Part shown: positions 36,451 to 37,807 of the stretch, piece by piece
Position numbering within the stretch: the stretch's first letter is position 1
Layout: each line of letters begins with the position of its first letter
The notes under the pieces: model-generated
The model's database searches: none
Seen by the model: only the letters and a program-made list of their open reading frames with translations
Told to the model about the DNA's origin: nothing
Position numbers and translations under genes: made by a program
Assembly: GCA_964611355.1 (NCBI GenBank)
Contig: CAZSYD010000021.1
Location: 1-37,807, forward strand
Source of the DNA: an uncultured Ignavibacteriales bacterium
GTDB taxonomy: Bacteria > Zixibacteria > MSB-5A5 > GN15 > JAAZOE01
Reading direction: 5' to 3'
DNA: 37,807 bases

Positions 36451-37807
36451 GTCCCCGACGGATACCAACCAGGGGGGAACTGCTCAGGCTCCAGAAACTG
36501 TACCGCACCGATAAGAAAATCGCCGAATTTATCGGTAACGGTGTTACCGAGCACCTGGTTTCTTATTGGCGCAGAAAAAAAGGGATTGATCAGTATTCCT
36601 TTCCCAAGTTTTCCGAGAAGGAGATTAGCGAAGTCTGGGATCGCTTTGGCGACGATTTCCATGCCGGTATGGAACTGGGTATCTCGAAGGCCGCTTTTTA
36701 TAATTGGCGGCGAAGATATAAAATCACCAAAAAGCCGGAAGCGCTGAAACTCGAACAACTGTCGCTTCAACTCTATACCGATGATAAAAGAGACCACCGA
36801 CGGATCGGAACCGGTCGGCAGACTATCCTTCAAAAAAGCCTTTCGCATAAGACAAGCGAAAAAGATATTCCGCCGGGGAAGAAGATAGAGTTTGAACCTG
36901 ACGTTACTTTGTCGGCAGGCACGGCGGGCGAGGTGCTTTATCATTTTCAGGTGTCGGGCATTAAATTCGTGAAAAATCCCGGCCGGATTATCATTGCTCT
37001 GGATGGAGCTTCCCCGGATGATTCCGCTGACATGGCTTCGCGCCTGAAATCGGTTCGTGATTTTGCCCGCCTGCAACAGATAAGAAATTTCTTTGACATC
37101 GGCGAGGGCGACGGTTTGCAACTCGCGCTCGAAAAGGGACTGATACTGCCGGGTCAGATCGTAGCGGGCAGTGACCGGTACAACGCCTCGTGCGGCTGTT
37201 TGGGAGCGATCAATTTTTCCGTCAGCGTCGAAGAGATGGCCGCCGTCTGGGCGGAAAATAAGTTTACCTTGACGATACCGGAAACGACGCGGATAAACAT
37301 CACCGGCCGGACGCCGCGCGGAGTATTTACGCGCGACGTAATTTACCAGGTTATCGCGCGGGTGGCGTCTAAGGGAATCGAAGGCAAGCAGGTTGAGTTT
37401 TATGGAAGCGCCGTCGATCAGATGTCGATTTCGGAAAGGTTTACCCTCTGCCGCGTGATTATGACTACCGGAGCCGCCGGTGCGGTCTGCCCGTTCGATG
37501 CTACTACCCGGCGATACGTCAATCTTCGCGCCCGTCGTCCTTTCACTCCGATATTGGCCGACCGCAATGCCGTCTATGCCGGTGAATATACTTTCGATGT
37601 CAACACCATGAAGCCGGTCGCCGCCCGCCGCGGCGGGCCGGAACGTATTGAAGATATTACGGCGATTGATGAGCTGTCGGACTTGCCGATTCGGCAGGTT
37701 TTTCTGGGCGGAGCCGCCAACGGTCGTTTTGACGATCTCAGGATCGCCGCCGAGATATTAAAAGGCAAAGTAATCAATCCTGATACAAGACTCATAATTC
37801 AACCGGC
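36447..37807 (+). CDS. Tandem-HTH protein fused to a degenerate LeuC/aconitase large-subunit domain (truncated by window end)
   Basis: Not in the ORF track because it has no stop in the window. Manual translation from ATG 36447 is open for 453 codons and shows two HTH-like repeats, then GRQTILQK, LILPGQ, IPET..I...G, VEFYG, SERFTLC, AD..A.Y, QVFLGGAANGR.DDLR.AA.IL.G. Confidence 0.88.
   Translation, partial: MSPRRIPTRGELLRLQKLYRTDKKIAEFIGNGVTEHLVSYWRRKKGIDQYSFPKFSEKEISEVWDRFGDDFHAGMELGISKAAFYNWRRRYKITKKPEALKLEQLSLQLYTDDKRDHRRIGTGRQTILQKSLSHKTSEKDIPPGKKIEFEPDVTLSAGTAGEVLYHFQVSGIKFVKNPGRIIIALDGASPDDSADMASRLKSVRDFARLQQIRNFFDIGEGDGLQLALEKGLILPGQIVAGSDRYNASCGCLGAINFSVSVEEMAAVWAENKFTLTIPETTRINITGRTPRGVFTRDVIYQVIARVASKGIEGKQVEFYGSAVDQMSISERFTLCRVIMTTGAAGAVCPFDATTRRYVNLRARRPFTPILADRNAVYAGEYTFDVNTMKPVAARRGGPERIEDITAIDELSDLPIRQVFLGGAANGRFDDLRIAAEILKGKVINPDTRLIIQP

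Noticed and set aside
36414..37121. 235-aa minus-strand ORF in the track
   Set aside because: Antisense shadow of the plus-strand HTH-aconitase frame, which carries the recognisable motifs.
36447..37807. Annotating the last ORF as functional leuC
   Set aside because: The DSH, DH and first Fe-S Cys motifs are all absent, and no leu genes lie upstream in the window.

Overview
Bacterial chromosomal window of roughly 50% GC. The Cys-flanked dockerin-like and cohesin-like domains and the gene content suggest an anaerobic FCB-group lineage such as Zixibacteria (inference). Left part (244-8011): a sigma54-controlled 'Orange protein' (orp)-like Fe-S/metal-cofactor cluster. It comprises a Cys-rich PAS-AAA+-Fis activator, three NifB/NifX-family proteins, two ferredoxin-insert P-loop ATPases, DUF5320 and Gly/Arg-rich proteins, followed by a methyltransferase, an SDR and a thioredoxin. 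Its regulatory circuit is readable from the sequence: a -24/-12 box and three TTGC-N6-GCAA palindromes. Middle part: cysK, a candidate sigma54-driven structured small RNA, a papain-family peptidase with a dockerin-like tail, an OMP, an Fe-S RecB-like nuclease, a cohesin-like protein and a TPR lipoprotein. Then a minus-strand housekeeping run (DUF4388/MshEN, two hypotheticals, a small Zn-ribbon protein resembling DUF4295/bL38, a radical SAM fusion, rsmB, PASTA, LOG, ubiE/menG), and a plus-strand run (nfeD-SPFH, rlmD, Mre11/Rad50-like pair, HIT). The window ends inside an ORF missing from the supplied track: a tandem-HTH protein fused to a LeuC/aconitase large-subunit fold whose visible catalytic and Fe-S motifs are all lost. 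This is the most novel-looking element. No CRISPR array, tRNA, rRNA or mobile element was recognised. There is one 100-N assembly gap, inside a 24-bp coding tandem repeat.
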